From a virus (Duplodnaviria; Caudoviricetes), in IMG/VR virus record IMGVR_UViG_3300003541_000005, positions 1 through 52,088 of that record: DNA of 52,088 bases; one strand, written 5' to 3'. Positions 27,962-37,714 of this stretch are shown in pieces. The translations under genes were made by a program, and so were the position numbers. Position 1 is the stretch's first letter. Every line of letters begins with the position of its first letter. The notes beneath the pieces are model-generated. The model searched no databases and was not told the origin of the DNA. It saw only the letters and a program-made list of their open reading frames with translations.

Positions 27962-29467
27962 TCACAATACCTGCTCCCGAAACCATGTTTTTCTTTCGTC
28001 ACCTAGAATTATATCCGAAATATTCTTCTTGCTTCTCAGCGCCCGAAGCACCGCCGCGTCCATTGAACCACGAGCAATGATATCCGTGTAAAGCACAGAT
28101 GTTGTCTGCCCGATGCGGTGGTTTCGGTCTTCGCTTTGAAGCCTGTCCGTCAGTCTGTAGGAATTGGAAAAATAGATGCTGTGCTTCGCCGCCGTCATGG
28201 TCCAGCCCTCGCCAGCGGCGGCGGCGGTCATCACCAGATTATCGAGTTCCCCGGCCTGAAGCATCTTCACGGCGCGGACGCGGTCACTCTGGCAAACGCC
28301 GCCGTCGATGCGCGCCGCCCGTCGGCCCATGTTGCCCAGGAGGTCCATAATCTTATCGACGTCACGGCGGAACCGCGCCCAAATCAGCGTGGCGCCGTCC
28401 GCGTCTTCGAGCATGTCCCGGAGCAGGTCCAGACGCGGATTGTCCTTCAGGTCCGTGACCTCGTCCTCTCCGTCGGTCAAAACGTAGCCATTGACCAGTT
28501 GTTGCATTCTGAGCAACTTCTGAATCGCCATCTCCGCCGTCACGGCCTTGTCGGAATCAATCCAGGTGACATAGTCTTTCTCTAATTCTTTGAACATTCT
28601 CCGCTGTTCTGGAGACATGTCATAAGAAATAGTTCTGTATACTTTTGGCGGAAGGTCAAGAACCTCGTCTTTGGTCAGGCGGGAGCTAATAGGCTGCATG
28701 AGCCTATTCAGCTCGTCCAGATTTTCGTGACGGATAAGCTTCTCATAAGTCCGTCCCTTCTTTTTTTCATTTCCTCCGGTCTCGTAATCGCGCCCGTGGT
28801 CCGTGACCAGCTCCCACGTACCGAAGTATCCTTTGAACGCCGTCCAGCTCCCAAACCCCTGGCTCTTCCAATACCCCGGATATGCAAAGAGCACCTGGGC
28901 GTAGACGTCGAAGGCGTTCTGCGTGACGGGAGTTCCGGTCAGCGTCCGGCGATAGGGCGCGAACGTCCGCAGCCGCAAGAGCGCCTTGGTTCGGGCCGAA
29001 CTGGGGTTCTTAATGCGGGCGGACTCATCGAGCGCGAACAAACAACGCCGGGTTTCCAGGAACTCTTCCGCCGCCTCCAGGCACCTGTCCGTAGCCAGGG
29101 CGCCATAGCCAATCATCAGCCACGCAAGGCCGGGATGGCGCAGTGTCTTGGTGAAATTGTCCTGGGCGGCCTTGGTCTTCGCCGTCTTGGCGTCCCAAAC
29201 GTGGACGTGAGACTGGGCCGCGACCGCGTCGGGAAGGTGCGCGGGAAGTTCGTTGTCGCGCCAATTCGAGTGGACTCCATTCGGCGCGACAATAACGACA
29301 GCGTTTATTTTCCCATCGAGATACAGCCATGCTGCGGTGTCGATGACGGGTTTCGATTTTCCGCAACCCATTTCCCAATGGATGCAATAACCGTATTGAT
29401 TCCTCGTCTCCCGGAACAGCGTAAGCTGATGACCGAAAGGCGTAGTCTTGAAGGAATAATCGTCCAT
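27962..29467 (-). CDS. SNF2-like (SF2) helicase
   Basis: EMGCGKS, LDESARIKN, LTGTP, LIWARF and QSEDRNHRIGQ motifs. Confidence 0.92.
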   Translation of the reverse strand: MDDYSFKTTPFGHQLTLFRETRNQYGYCIHWEMGCGKSKPVIDTAAWLYLDGKINAVVIVAPNGVHSNWRDNELPAHLPDAVAAQSHVHVWDAKTAKTKAAQDNFTKTLRHPGLAWLMIGYGALATDRCLEAAEEFLETRRCLFALDESARIKNPSSARTKALLRLRTFAPYRRTLTGTPVTQNAFDVYAQVLFAYPGYWKSQGFGSWTAFKGYFGTWELVTDHGRDYETGGNEKKKGRTYEKLIRHENLDELNRLMQPISSRLTKDEVLDLPPKVYRTISYDMSPEQRRMFKELEKDYVTWIDSDKAVTAEMAIQKLLRMQQLVNGYVLTDGEDEVTDLKDNPRLDLLRDMLEDADGATLIWARFRRDVDKIMDLLGNMGRRAARIDGGVCQSDRVRAVKMLQAGELDNLVMTAAAAGEGWTMTAAKHSIYFSNSYRLTDRLQSEDRNHRIGQTTSVLYTDIIARGSMDAAVLRALRSKKNISDIILGDERKTWFREQVL

Positions 29468-29533
29468 AGGGCCTCCTTTAGTCAGGCATACCCTATTTGG
29501 TTCTTTTTGGCGGTTCCGCCCGCAACGTCACTG

Positions 29534-30025
29534 CTATCGCCTTTGCGGGCCTGCTGTGGCTCCCGGTCTCAGCGTGTCCAGTTTGCCTTCCATGCGGCCA
29601 AGCGTCTTGCCAATTTCGCCGATGGCCGTCCGGTGTTCGCGCACCTCGGTCGCCACGCTATCGACATTTTTTACAAGGCGTTCATCGCTTTCGACTTGCT
29701 GCTTCCGCATGTCCGTGATTTTTGTCTCTAAATCCTTGACGGCGCTCTCTTTTGCAGGAACCGTTAGCCAACCGCTTTCGTGCAAAAATGTACCCACAGA
29801 GGTCAGAATCGTTCCAATCAGCGCTATTTCTCGCCAATGATGAACGAACCAGGGATTTCTTGGTAATTCAGGCTCTACCGCCATCTTCGTTCTTGGTGTA
29901 CGTTTCCGGGGAGTCCTGGCGGCTCCATCATAGACGCTGTTCGCTGGAGCCTCCTTGCGCCCGTTCGGCGTAGCTCCGTTGAGTTGACTTGCTTGTCCCG
30001 TACCCATGTCGTCGAGTGTCCCCAT
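29534..30025 (-). CDS. Single-TM coiled-coil protein
   Basis: One TM (EIALIGTILTSVGTFL) followed by heptads; start uncertain. Confidence 0.55.
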   Translation of the reverse strand: MGTLDDMGTGQASQLNGATPNGRKEAPANSVYDGAARTPRKRTPRTKMAVEPELPRNPWFVHHWREIALIGTILTSVGTFLHESGWLTVPAKESAVKDLETKITDMRKQQVESDERLVKNVDSVATEVREHRTAIGEIGKTLGRMEGKLDTLRPGATAGPQRR

Positions 30026-30269
30026 GTTCGGCGATGGAGGGGCTCTGAGATGGTTCGCGTCACCTCGGAGCCCCCTTCTGTTACGTTTCAGTTAATCTGC
30101 CTGCCGGTTAACGCTCGTCTTCCGGCCTTCTTGAAACGCTTCGTTTTCCACGAATTCGATGACATTACACCGCCTGTGAATTCATTTCTAGCAGGCACAA
30201 TTAAGACCATGCGCGTGTGTACGCTCGTGTGCTAGCCTGTGTCCATTGCATATGGAAAGGCCACTCAAA

Positions 30270-30569
30270 ATGAACAAACCTAGAAGCGCGTCGAGACTGG
30301 ACCCGCACCCCCATGATGACCGAATGGTCAACATTGATGAAGTGTTGACGCGCCTGGGGATAAGTCGCTCGACGCTCTATAAGAGAATCCGCAAGGGACA
30401 CTTCCCAAAATCGCACAACCCAATCAGAAAAGGCAGCGCCCAGTGGCCTTTATCCGTCGTGACGGACTGGATTGCGGAGAGCAAACGGAAGAATCGCGTT
30501 CAACCTAGGATTGCAGAAGGGGTTGGGTCCGACAGGCCACAGTCAACCAAACAGCCTGGGCGTCTTTGA
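30270..30569 (+). CDS. alpA: AlpA-family (excisionase-like) regulator
   Basis: IDEVLTRLGISRSTLYKRIRKGHFPK...W..SVVTDWI. Confidence 0.85.
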   Translation: MNKPRSASRLDPHPHDDRMVNIDEVLTRLGISRSTLYKRIRKGHFPKSHNPIRKGSAQWPLSVVTDWIAESKRKNRVQPRIAEGVGSDRPQSTKQPGRL

Positions 30570-30729
30570 CATATTTCTTCGCCTGCTACCAACGGCGGCC
30601 TGTACAAATCACACCGCACGCAGCTAATAGGTAATTCCACAGCAGTGCAGCGCCCTAAAAAAGAAAAACCCGCGCCGTAGAGAGCGGCACGGGCAAATCA
30701 AACATCCAATTTACAAGCACGGGGAGACT

Positions 30730-33618
30730 ATGAGCACATCCAAGAAGAAAAGTCTAGTACAAAATAACCCACAGGCCGCAATTGAATTCGCTAAACTATT
30801 GGGTGATGATTGGGGGCAACACTTCTACGCCCTTGTCAACGGAAAGATGGTTCCGTTGTTTATCGGCGGCTCCGACATACTTGAAGTCTCAGACAATCAC
30901 GAGGAAATCATAGAGTGGTTGAATGAACACCACGAGCTTAAGCACAATATTTATTATGCCCTCAACCCACTTTCCCAAGACGCCAGGGGAACAAGGGCAG
31001 ATAAATCCAAAGTAACGCATGTGTCTTGGGTTCATGTTGACGTAGACCCAAGAAAATATGAGAACATGCCAAAGATTGGCAACGCCCAATCAAAGATATC
31101 CCCTGAAGAATATCTCCTGTCCGAACAGAAACGAATTGCAGAACTCGTTTCAAACGAGGCCGCCCTTAAGAAAAAGGGCCTCCCTGGACTTCCAACCATT
31201 GACATAATGTCTGGACGCGGGCGACAGGTTCTTTGGAAGCTGAAGACTTCCCTGGAGCTTGGCGATTCGAGCGCCCTTGTTGAAATGGCGGAGGAATACA
31301 ACCGGGGCGTGGGTAGGCTTTTGGATGGTGACCGGAGCTGTTGGGACATCTCCCGGCTCATGCGCCTGCCCGGAACCGTGAATTTCCCAGACAAAAAGAA
31401 ACTCGCCCAGGGCGCTCGCCCAGAGGGGGCGCTCGCCGTCCTGGAGACGCACCGCGACGGCGCCAGATACGACATGGACCGATTCCCGAAAGAGGCCAAG
31501 GACGGGACGGAGTACGAGACGAGCAAGCGCTCGCCCAAGGCCGCCAAAGCCGACGGGCCGAAGGTCAGCAAGCCGCGGGTGCAGACAAAGACGGTATTCA
31601 TCAAAGACCTGCCGGAGGAACCGGAGGGCTATGACGGCGACTTGGCGGGCCTGATGGAGCGTTGGGGCGTCGCCATGCGCACCGGCGAACGCATCCTGTT
31701 CGGCGGGAACGAGATGGACCCGCGCGAGTACGATTCCCGTTCCGAGAACGTGTTCGGCGTTTGCCGGGAGCTGGACCGCAAGGGCGTCGCCCCAAAGCAT
31801 ATCATGTGGGTCATCACCAACCCGGACTTCGCCATCTCCGCGCACGTCCGCGACCCGGAGAAGAACAAGGGCCATAAGGGGATGATTCCCTATGCCCAGA
31901 GGCAAGTCACCAACGCCATGAAGGCCAACCGGGAGGATGCGGAGGCGGAGCGCGAGCGGGCCGAAGCGATGGCGGGTGGCGCGGGTGGCGGCGGCGGTGA
32001 TGATGGGGACGGCGGCGGATGCTCTCCGACGGGCGGCGGGAGCGGCGACGGGCGTGATGGACGGCGGGAGCTTAACCGGGATGCTCCCAACGCGTCGGCG
32101 GCGCTGTTCAATCAAGAGGAAATGCCCCACCTGCTTTTCAGCGCCCAGGAGTTCCTGAACTACGACGCGGGGCGCTACATCGGCCTGGAAGAGCACGACG
32201 TCCGCGTCTCTGTTCGGCGCTATCTTGTGGATTCTCTCGCTGTTCGGCAACAGGGGAAAATCATGGTGCGAGAGCCGTTTGAGCCCAAGAAACTTCATGT
32301 GTCGGAAATAACCGCCGCGCTGGCGGAGACATGCTCAAAGCCCAGTGTTCGCGACGAACGGTCAGGGGCGCTCGTCCATTCGGCGCTTCCCGTATGGCTT
32401 ACGCCAGAGGCGGGCGACCCGGACCCAAAGGACATCATGTCCTTTCCAAATGGCCTTCTGGACCTGAAGACCGGCGCCATGCTCCCGCCCACGCCACGCT
32501 TCTTCACGCGCAATAAGCGCAGCTTCGACTATGACTCTGATGCGCCAGAGCCGACGCGGTGGCTTCAATTCCTGGAAGAGTGCTGGCCAGAGCAAGAGGA
32601 CACGCACGCGCTTATCCGGCAAATGATGGGCTATCTGATTTCGTCGGACACGAGCAAACAGGTCATCTTCACCATAGTCGGGCCGGGCGGTTGCGGCAAA
32701 GGCGTCTTCCGCTCCGTGCTTGAAGGGCTCGTGGGGAGCGCGAACACGGCCTATCCTTCCCTGTCAGACCTTGCGGAGAAGTTCACCCTGGAAAGTTGTG
32801 TGTCCGCCCAGATGGCGATTCTATCGGACGCCCACCTTCCCGAGAAGGCCGACGACGCAACGAAGGCTATGGAGGCGCTTAAGAAGATATCGGGCGGTGA
32901 CCCGGTTCACGTCAACCGGAAGGGAATCAAGGGCATGGCCAACGTCAAGTTGGGAATGCGCTTCGTGATTTTCGCCAACTCGATTCCAGACTTCAAAGAC
33001 CCCGGTGGGGCGCTCGCTCAGCGCATGGTCCCTATCCCGATGCGGCGGCGCTTCCGTGGAACGGACGAACAGGATTATGACCTGGAAGCCAAACTTGAAG
33101 CTGAGCTTCCGGGGATTTTGAACTGGGCTATTGAAGGGCTTCATGACCTGAATATCAAGAAACGCTTCACACTTGGAAAGAAATCTGGGGAAGAACTAGA
33201 GAATATCAAAGAACGCCAGTCGCCACTATTTGAGTTCAAGGAAGACTATCTGACAGTGTCAGAAGAAGCATTGTGCTCGAAAGACGACCTCCATGAACTA
33301 TATCTTGCGTGGTATGCGAAGCAGGAGAAGGGCAGAAGCCTGTCATACTCCAAAGCGCGCAATGTGTTCTTTAGAGAGCTTGTCCCAACACTGGACCACG
33401 CTATCAATCTCAACTATCGGGAGAAGGTGGGGAGCCCGCGAATGGTGCGCGGCGTCACGATATCGCCAGCGGGCCTTGCGCTTCTCCAGGCATACCGAAA
33501 AAAGGAATTCGACAAAGAAACGAACCAGGATGTCCGACAGAAAGGCCAGCCCATGAGCGAGCAAGACAAGATTGACGAGTGGGAGGCGCGCTATGGGAAG
33601 GGAACCTTTACAAAATAG
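30730..33618 (+). CDS. Primase-helicase (RepB-like primase + D5/P4-type SF3 helicase)
   Basis: HVDVD, SGRG.QVLW, RLMRLPGTVN; Gly-rich linker; FPNGLLDL, Walker A GPGGCGKG, LKKISGGD, FANSIP. Confidence 0.92.
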   Translation: MSTSKKKSLVQNNPQAAIEFAKLLGDDWGQHFYALVNGKMVPLFIGGSDILEVSDNHEEIIEWLNEHHELKHNIYYALNPLSQDARGTRADKSKVTHVSWVHVDVDPRKYENMPKIGNAQSKISPEEYLLSEQKRIAELVSNEAALKKKGLPGLPTIDIMSGRGRQVLWKLKTSLELGDSSALVEMAEEYNRGVGRLLDGDRSCWDISRLMRLPGTVNFPDKKKLAQGARPEGALAVLETHRDGARYDMDRFPKEAKDGTEYETSKRSPKAAKADGPKVSKPRVQTKTVFIKDLPEEPEGYDGDLAGLMERWGVAMRTGERILFGGNEMDPREYDSRSENVFGVCRELDRKGVAPKHIMWVITNPDFAISAHVRDPEKNKGHKGMIPYAQRQVTNAMKANREDAEAERERAEAMAGGAGGGGGDDGDGGGCSPTGGGSGDGRDGRRELNRDAPNASAALFNQEEMPHLLFSAQEFLNYDAGRYIGLEEHDVRVSVRRYLVDSLAVRQQGKIMVREPFEPKKLHVSEITAALAETCSKPSVRDERSGALVHSALPVWLTPEAGDPDPKDIMSFPNGLLDLKTGAMLPPTPRFFTRNKRSFDYDSDAPEPTRWLQFLEECWPEQEDTHALIRQMMGYLISSDTSKQVIFTIVGPGGCGKGVFRSVLEGLVGSANTAYPSLSDLAEKFTLESCVSAQMAILSDAHLPEKADDATKAMEALKKISGGDPVHVNRKGIKGMANVKLGMRFVIFANSIPDFKDPGGALAQRMVPIPMRRRFRGTDEQDYDLEAKLEAELPGILNWAIEGLHDLNIKKRFTLGKKSGEELENIKERQSPLFEFKEDYLTVSEEALCSKDDLHELYLAWYAKQEKGRSLSYSKARNVFFRELVPTLDHAINLNYREKVGSPRMVRGVTISPAGLALLQAYRKKEFDKETNQDVRQKGQPMSEQDKIDEWEARYGKGTFTK

Positions 33619-33677
33619 CGTTTAGGCCGCCAGCGCGCTCCCATGGGCTCTCTAGATACGTTTCGCCATCGACCATG

Positions 33678-33706
33678 AAGGGAGGCTCCAGCGCCTCCCT
33701 TTTTTA
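33678..33706 (+). terminator. Rho-independent terminator
   Basis: AAGGGAGGC/GCCTCCCTT plus T-run. Confidence 0.75.
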
Positions 33707-33707
33707 T

Positions 33708-34118
33708 TACCGGGTTGGCCTGGGATGAACCCGGTTTTTTGGAAGCATCCCGGTTTTCCATGGCGCCCAGAACCCGGTTTTCGTCGAGGGGCTGCACGGA
33801 ACGGTCAGTGTCTCGATATTGCGTTTTCCAGCCCTCTTGCCCAGGGAGAACGAGGAACGATGGAGAAAACCGGGATGCTGCACGGGAAAACCGGGATGAT
33901 TACCGGGATATTTTGGGGTTATCCCGGTAATGAAGTTTGTTACGGAGCATAGTGTTTCAGTCCCATTACCGGGATAACCGGGATACAAGAGAGATTCGAT
34001 GATGAAAAATATAAAAACAGGGTATGCGCCATATGGAGACGTCCATGATACGCATGATTCTCGCATATAGGATGGAGTTCACCGGATTATCGCGGTTATC
34101 CCGGTTTGCCCGGTTTAG
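33708..34118. repeat. Iteron-like repeats, probable replication origin
   Basis: About 12 copies of ACCGGG(A/T)T in both orientations with an AT-rich patch at ~33990-34020, right after the primase-helicase. Confidence 0.7.
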
Positions 34119-34279
34119 GGCGCTCCCTGGGCAAGAAATGAGCGTGCGGGGTTGCGGCGGCGCCAGGGACGGAATACATTATGGAGGCGAGCGGATAGGG
34201 ATTGCAACCCGATGCGCCGGTGATTCCTGACCGGCCTCCGCCGCTTCACTCTCAGGACGACAGCAAAGGAAGGCTGTTC

Positions 34280-35320
34280 ATGACGAACGCCCGAAATCTC
34301 CCATCATTCCCGCTCTTCGAAGGCCGCGCAGTTCGTATCGAGCTTGACGCTCAAGGCGAGCCACTTTTTTGCCTTGCTGATATCTGCGCTCCAGAAATCC
34401 TGGACCTGAGTAACCCGAGTATGGTTGCAGCTCGGCTTGACGATGACGAAAAGTATGCCCTAAGCACCACTGACCCCATCGGTCGCGCTCAAACGGCGAC
34501 CTTCGTCACCGAACCGGGCCTCTACAACGTCATTCGGGGAAGCCGTAAGGACATCGCCAAGAGGCTTCGTCGGTGGGTTGACCACGAGGTTCTTCCCGCC
34601 ATCCGCAGAACTGGTCATTACGGTTCCGTCCCGGCGCTCCCAACGCTGTCGCTCGAATCCTTCGAAATCGCCATCGTCGGATGGCGCGCGGAGAAATCCC
34701 GCGCCGATGCTGAAGCCACCGCCCGCGCTATCGCTGACCAGCGCGCCGCCGAAGAGACCCACCGCGCCGACCACAACAAAACTGTGGCGCTCAACAAAAT
34801 AGAACAGCTTAAGCAGCTCGAAAAAACGCTGAACGTCGTCACCGATTACAAAATTGGTCTCCCGACAGAAAAATTCTATGGCCTGACCATCAGCGACGCC
34901 GCCCGTCATTTCGGCGTCCAACAGGATTGGCTGTTCGCCTTCATGGACAGTGGCAAAGACGAAGTCGGAGGGGGCCTTCTCCCCATCGGCTGGATAAGCG
35001 GCAACGGCCATAGGACGATAACGAAAGCCTACGCCAAGGACGGCTCCCGGTCTGGCGGAGCCTACATGCGCATGGCGACAATCCGACTTCCCAAAGGCTA
35101 CACGAAACAGCCCTATCTGACCGTCTGGGGCCTGGACCGCCTTGGCGAGCTTCTGGCTCCTATTCCGCTGGACGTGAAGAACAACCCCGCGACCCTCCAG
35201 CTCGCAAAGGACGAGCGCCGCCGTCTTCGCACGCAAAAGGAGGTTGACCGGCTGGCCGAAGACGCCCGCCAAGGAAAGCTCCCCCTGGACATGGACCCCG
35301 GAGACGACGAACCCCGCTGA
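34280..35320 (+). CDS. BRO-N family antirepressor with KilAC-like C-terminus
   Basis: GEPLFCLADIC..L.LSNPS..RLDDDEK, FVTEPGLY, RRWVDHEVLPAIRRTGHY; TISDAARHFG...YLTVWGL. Confidence 0.88.
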   Translation: MTNARNLPSFPLFEGRAVRIELDAQGEPLFCLADICAPEILDLSNPSMVAARLDDDEKYALSTTDPIGRAQTATFVTEPGLYNVIRGSRKDIAKRLRRWVDHEVLPAIRRTGHYGSVPALPTLSLESFEIAIVGWRAEKSRADAEATARAIADQRAAEETHRADHNKTVALNKIEQLKQLEKTLNVVTDYKIGLPTEKFYGLTISDAARHFGVQQDWLFAFMDSGKDEVGGGLLPIGWISGNGHRTITKAYAKDGSRSGGAYMRMATIRLPKGYTKQPYLTVWGLDRLGELLAPIPLDVKNNPATLQLAKDERRRLRTQKEVDRLAEDARQGKLPLDMDPGDDEPR

Positions 35321-35325
35321 CGCGC

Positions 35326-35351
35326 AAAGGGCTCCCCACGGAGCCCTTTTT
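35326..35351 (+). terminator. Rho-independent terminator
   Basis: AAAGGGCTCC/GGAGCCCTTTTT. Confidence 0.8.
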
Positions 35352-35442
35352 CACATCCGGCGCTCCACGCCCCTTGACTTTCCCCCAGCATATCGCCCTA
35401 TAGTCAAACTATATCCCGCCCCTGCCAAACACCGGAGCCCAC

Positions 35443-35865
35443 ATGTCAGAAGACACTCTCGACAAAAACGCTGTTCTCACCGCCGTTCAGGCCATCGTTT
35501 CCGCCTATCTCGGAAACAACCAGATTCCTATGTCGGAAGTTCCGGCCTTCATCAATTCCGTGACTCTGGCGCTTACAACAAGCGACGCAGTGCCTATTGA
35601 CGAACCCCTAAGGCCGTCTGTTCCGGTGAACAAGTCCGTCACCTCGGAAAAAATCACATGCCTTGAATGCGGCGCCACCTACAAATCCCTGAAGCGTCAT
35701 CTGCGGACTCACCACGACCTTACGCCCAAAACCTACCGCGAACGCTGGGGCCTCCCGGCGACCTATCCGATGGTGGCGCCTGCTTACTCCAAGTCACGCA
35801 GCGCGCTCGCCAAGGAAAAAGGCCTCGGCCAGCGCAAGAAGCCTGTCAGCATGGCGGCTGAGTGA
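35443..35865 (+). CDS. mucR: Ros/MucR family zinc-finger regulator
   Basis: IVSAYLGNN, PSVPVNKSV, ITCLECG.TYKSLKRHLRTHH.LTP..YRERWGLP..YPMVAP.YS..RS.LAK..GLG. Confidence 0.95.
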   Translation: MSEDTLDKNAVLTAVQAIVSAYLGNNQIPMSEVPAFINSVTLALTTSDAVPIDEPLRPSVPVNKSVTSEKITCLECGATYKSLKRHLRTHHDLTPKTYRERWGLPATYPMVAPAYSKSRSALAKEKGLGQRKKPVSMAAE

Positions 35866-36146
35866 TGCAGCGCGACACGCACCGGGCGTTTGAGCGGCTG
35901 GAAGACCAGGACAAGGCCGACGCCGGAGTCCGCATCGTTGAACAGCCTCCCATGCGCGCCATCGGGATGATAGCGGGGGGCTCCGCCGTCATCGTCATCG
36001 AGGTCCGAGACGTCGTTCTCGCCGACGACGGCGGGCGGGCAAAAATAGACCTTGCGACCAAGATGGTGGCGGAAATCTTCGGGATGACGAAGATGACGAA
36101 GCGCGAAGAGTTCGAGTTCGAGGATAGGAAGCCTCTGCTGTCATGA
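35862..36146 (+). CDS. Hypothetical protein
   Basis: Overlaps the mucR stop. Confidence 0.55.
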   Translation: MMQRDTHRAFERLEDQDKADAGVRIVEQPPMRAIGMIAGGSAVIVIEVRDVVLADDGGRAKIDLATKMVAEIFGMTKMTKREEFEFEDRKPLLS

Positions 36147-36385
36147 CATATGTCGTAGACGCGCATACAGAAAAGTTAGCGAGACTTATCGCTCATTACC
36201 ACGGAAGTAAGATGATAGTGGGAAATGAGACGTTGGCGGCAAGACGCGGGTACGGCTCATTTGGCCATTCTTCCGAGAATTATGCGGATAACCACTGGAA
36301 GGAATACGTTCAGGCGGCGGAGGCTGTTCGCGATATGATTATCGAAGACTGTTGTAGCGTATTGCGAGCAGCCCACAATGTTTGA
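36143..36385 (+). CDS. Hypothetical protein
   Basis: ATGA overlap; 80 aa. Confidence 0.55.
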   Translation: MTYVVDAHTEKLARLIAHYHGSKMIVGNETLAARRGYGSFGHSSENYADNHWKEYVQAAEAVRDMIIEDCCSVLRAAHNV

Positions 36386-36442
36386 CGCCCCCTGGGCGAA
36401 GGCGAGTTCCTGATTGCGGAGTCCTGCCAAGTCGCCGACCAC

Positions 36443-36838
36443 ATGGCGGTCATGGACTGGGGCTGGAGGCGTGTTTCCCCTGGGCACTACATCCGCCCAG
36501 GGACAGAACGAGGGAACCCCAGGCCAGTCTCATACATCGATAGGGAGCACGGCATGAACGGACTTCGCGGGCGCGTCGTGCATGTGGGATACTTCCACTC
36601 ATCGGAGCGTCGCCGCCTGATGCTCGAATTCGCCCAGGCTGTCGGCCTGGACTTCGCCGGGAGCTTACCGAATGACACAGAACGGGGATACATGCGAGAT
36701 AGAGGAACCCAAGCCCCCTACCGCAGAACCGACACAGAGAAAGCTTCGCGCCCAGCAGCGAATGCTAGTGATTCGCTCGGAAGCGGAGCTTATTCGCGCC
36801 ATTCGTGCGAACCCGAGTCATCTGAAACTCCTTTATAA
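36443..36838 (+). CDS. Hypothetical protein (3' part uncertain)
   Basis: Fills the gap in the plus-strand operon but overlaps the next ORF by ~165 nt. Confidence 0.3.
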   Translation: MAVMDWGWRRVSPGHYIRPGTERGNPRPVSYIDREHGMNGLRGRVVHVGYFHSSERRRLMLEFAQAVGLDFAGSLPNDTERGYMRDRGTQAPYRRTDTEKASRPAANASDSLGSGAYSRHSCEPESSETPL

Positions 36839-36974
36839 AAAAGAGCTTCGCGCCGTAGCCGCCAGGGCCGCCGCCGCTCCGTCATTCGGTGGAAAGATGG
36901 TCTGGAAGAACTACGCTGAGAAGCTAAAAAAGGATTTGAAGTGGTGGGTTGTCGCCCTTGGCGTGGATGATTGA
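36672..36974 (+). CDS. Hypothetical basic protein
   Basis: 100 aa, SD GGGAG. Confidence 0.5.
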   Translation: MTQNGDTCEIEEPKPPTAEPTQRKLRAQQRMLVIRSEAELIRAIRANPSHLKLLYKKELRAVAARAAAAPSFGGKMVWKNYAEKLKKDLKWWVVALGVDD

Positions 36975-37005
36975 CCACAAATGCTCTGCCCCCCCAACGA
37001 CTGAC

Positions 37006-37034
37006 TTTACATCTGCGGCCCCCCTTGGTAATGT
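37006..37034 (+). promoter_or_regulatory. Putative sigma70 promoter driving the RNA array
   Basis: TTTACA-17 nt-TAATGT with TG extension; contains the repeated TTTACATCTGC motif. Confidence 0.6.
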
Positions 37035-37067
37035 GTCCTTGTTGAAACGCAAACAGCCAAAACAAAA

Positions 37068-37430
37068 CTCTCGGGTGTAGCCTGCCCAGGAAACATCCGA
37101 GAGCACTAATCACAGAACTTGATTGCTCCTGCGCAAATGCTCTTGATGACTACATTTTGGATGTGCTATGTCATCAATTCGTATTTGTTGCGTAGGCGTA
37201 AAGGGCGGCGGACATTGAAGGAGTCCTTCTATCCAGGAGCATCAACCCACGATGTTCGCCGTCCCCACATATGAGAAAGTCTGCTTGGAGACACTTGGTC
37301 AACAAGCGCTGAATGATTGTGAACCGATAAACTCACCGTCTTCAAGCAGACTTTCTGATGTGTGGCCTTCTTAGGGTGTCTGTCAAAGTATCTGGGGACG
37401 TATTCTAGATGTTCGCCACCAGGAAATCTC
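37068..37430 (+). ncRNA. Structured RNA array, 5' part
   Basis: Back-to-back stems 37068-37103, 37128-37196, 37203-37264 (14 bp) and 37265-37365 (~27 bp); G-U wobbles favour the plus strand. Confidence 0.65.
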
Positions 37431-37437
37431 AGAGTCG

Positions 37438-37506
37438 GGTGTAGCTCAGTGGTAGAGCCGCCTCCAAGGTGAGGTATGACGCTGGTTCGATTCCAAGCCG
37501 CCACCA
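37438..37506 (+). tRNA. tRNA-like element 1 (non-canonical)
   Basis: Canonical D arm TAGCTCAGTGGTAGAGC, GGTTCGATTCC and ACCA end; but 4-bp acceptor stem and 6-nt anticodon loop. Confidence 0.6.
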
Positions 37507-37520
37507 CACATCAAACCTAT

Positions 37521-37593
37521 CCTCCGGGCGCAATGGGCGCTAAAGCATCGCGCGATGCAAAATGGGTGGCTTCGATTCCATCCCGGAGGGCCA
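37521..37593 (+). tRNA. tRNA-like element 2 (no anticodon loop)
   Basis: CCTCCGG/CCGGAGG-G-CCA acceptor; T arm GGTGG-CTTCGATT-CCATC; anticodon arm is GCATC-GCGC-GATGC. Confidence 0.6.
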
Positions 37594-37598
37594 ATTAT

Positions 37599-37671
37599 GC
37601 CGGGTTCGTCTATTCGGTTAGGACGCCTCTACGTAAGGGGGGTAACGATGGTTCGACTCCATCACCCGGCA
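37599..37671 (+). tRNA. tRNA-like element 3 (Glu/Asp-type body, aberrant loop)
   Basis: GCCGGGT/ACCCGGC, D arm GTCTATTCGGTTAGGAC, GATGG-TTCGACT-CCATC; loop ACGTAAG lacks U33; no encoded CCA. Confidence 0.65.
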
Positions 37672-37714
37672 AACCGCCGCCCTGGCAACCGTCAAATAAT
37701 CTTTGACTGTTCCC

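Noticed and set aside
33708-34118. CRISPR array
   Set aside because: Repeats are ~8-10 bp, irregularly spaced and in both orientations; no cas genes.
37599-37671. Functional tRNA-Tyr(GTA) or a recoding/suppressor tRNA
   Set aside because: Glu/Asp-type body, no U33 and no long variable arm; genes read through with the standard code, so there is no sign of recoding.
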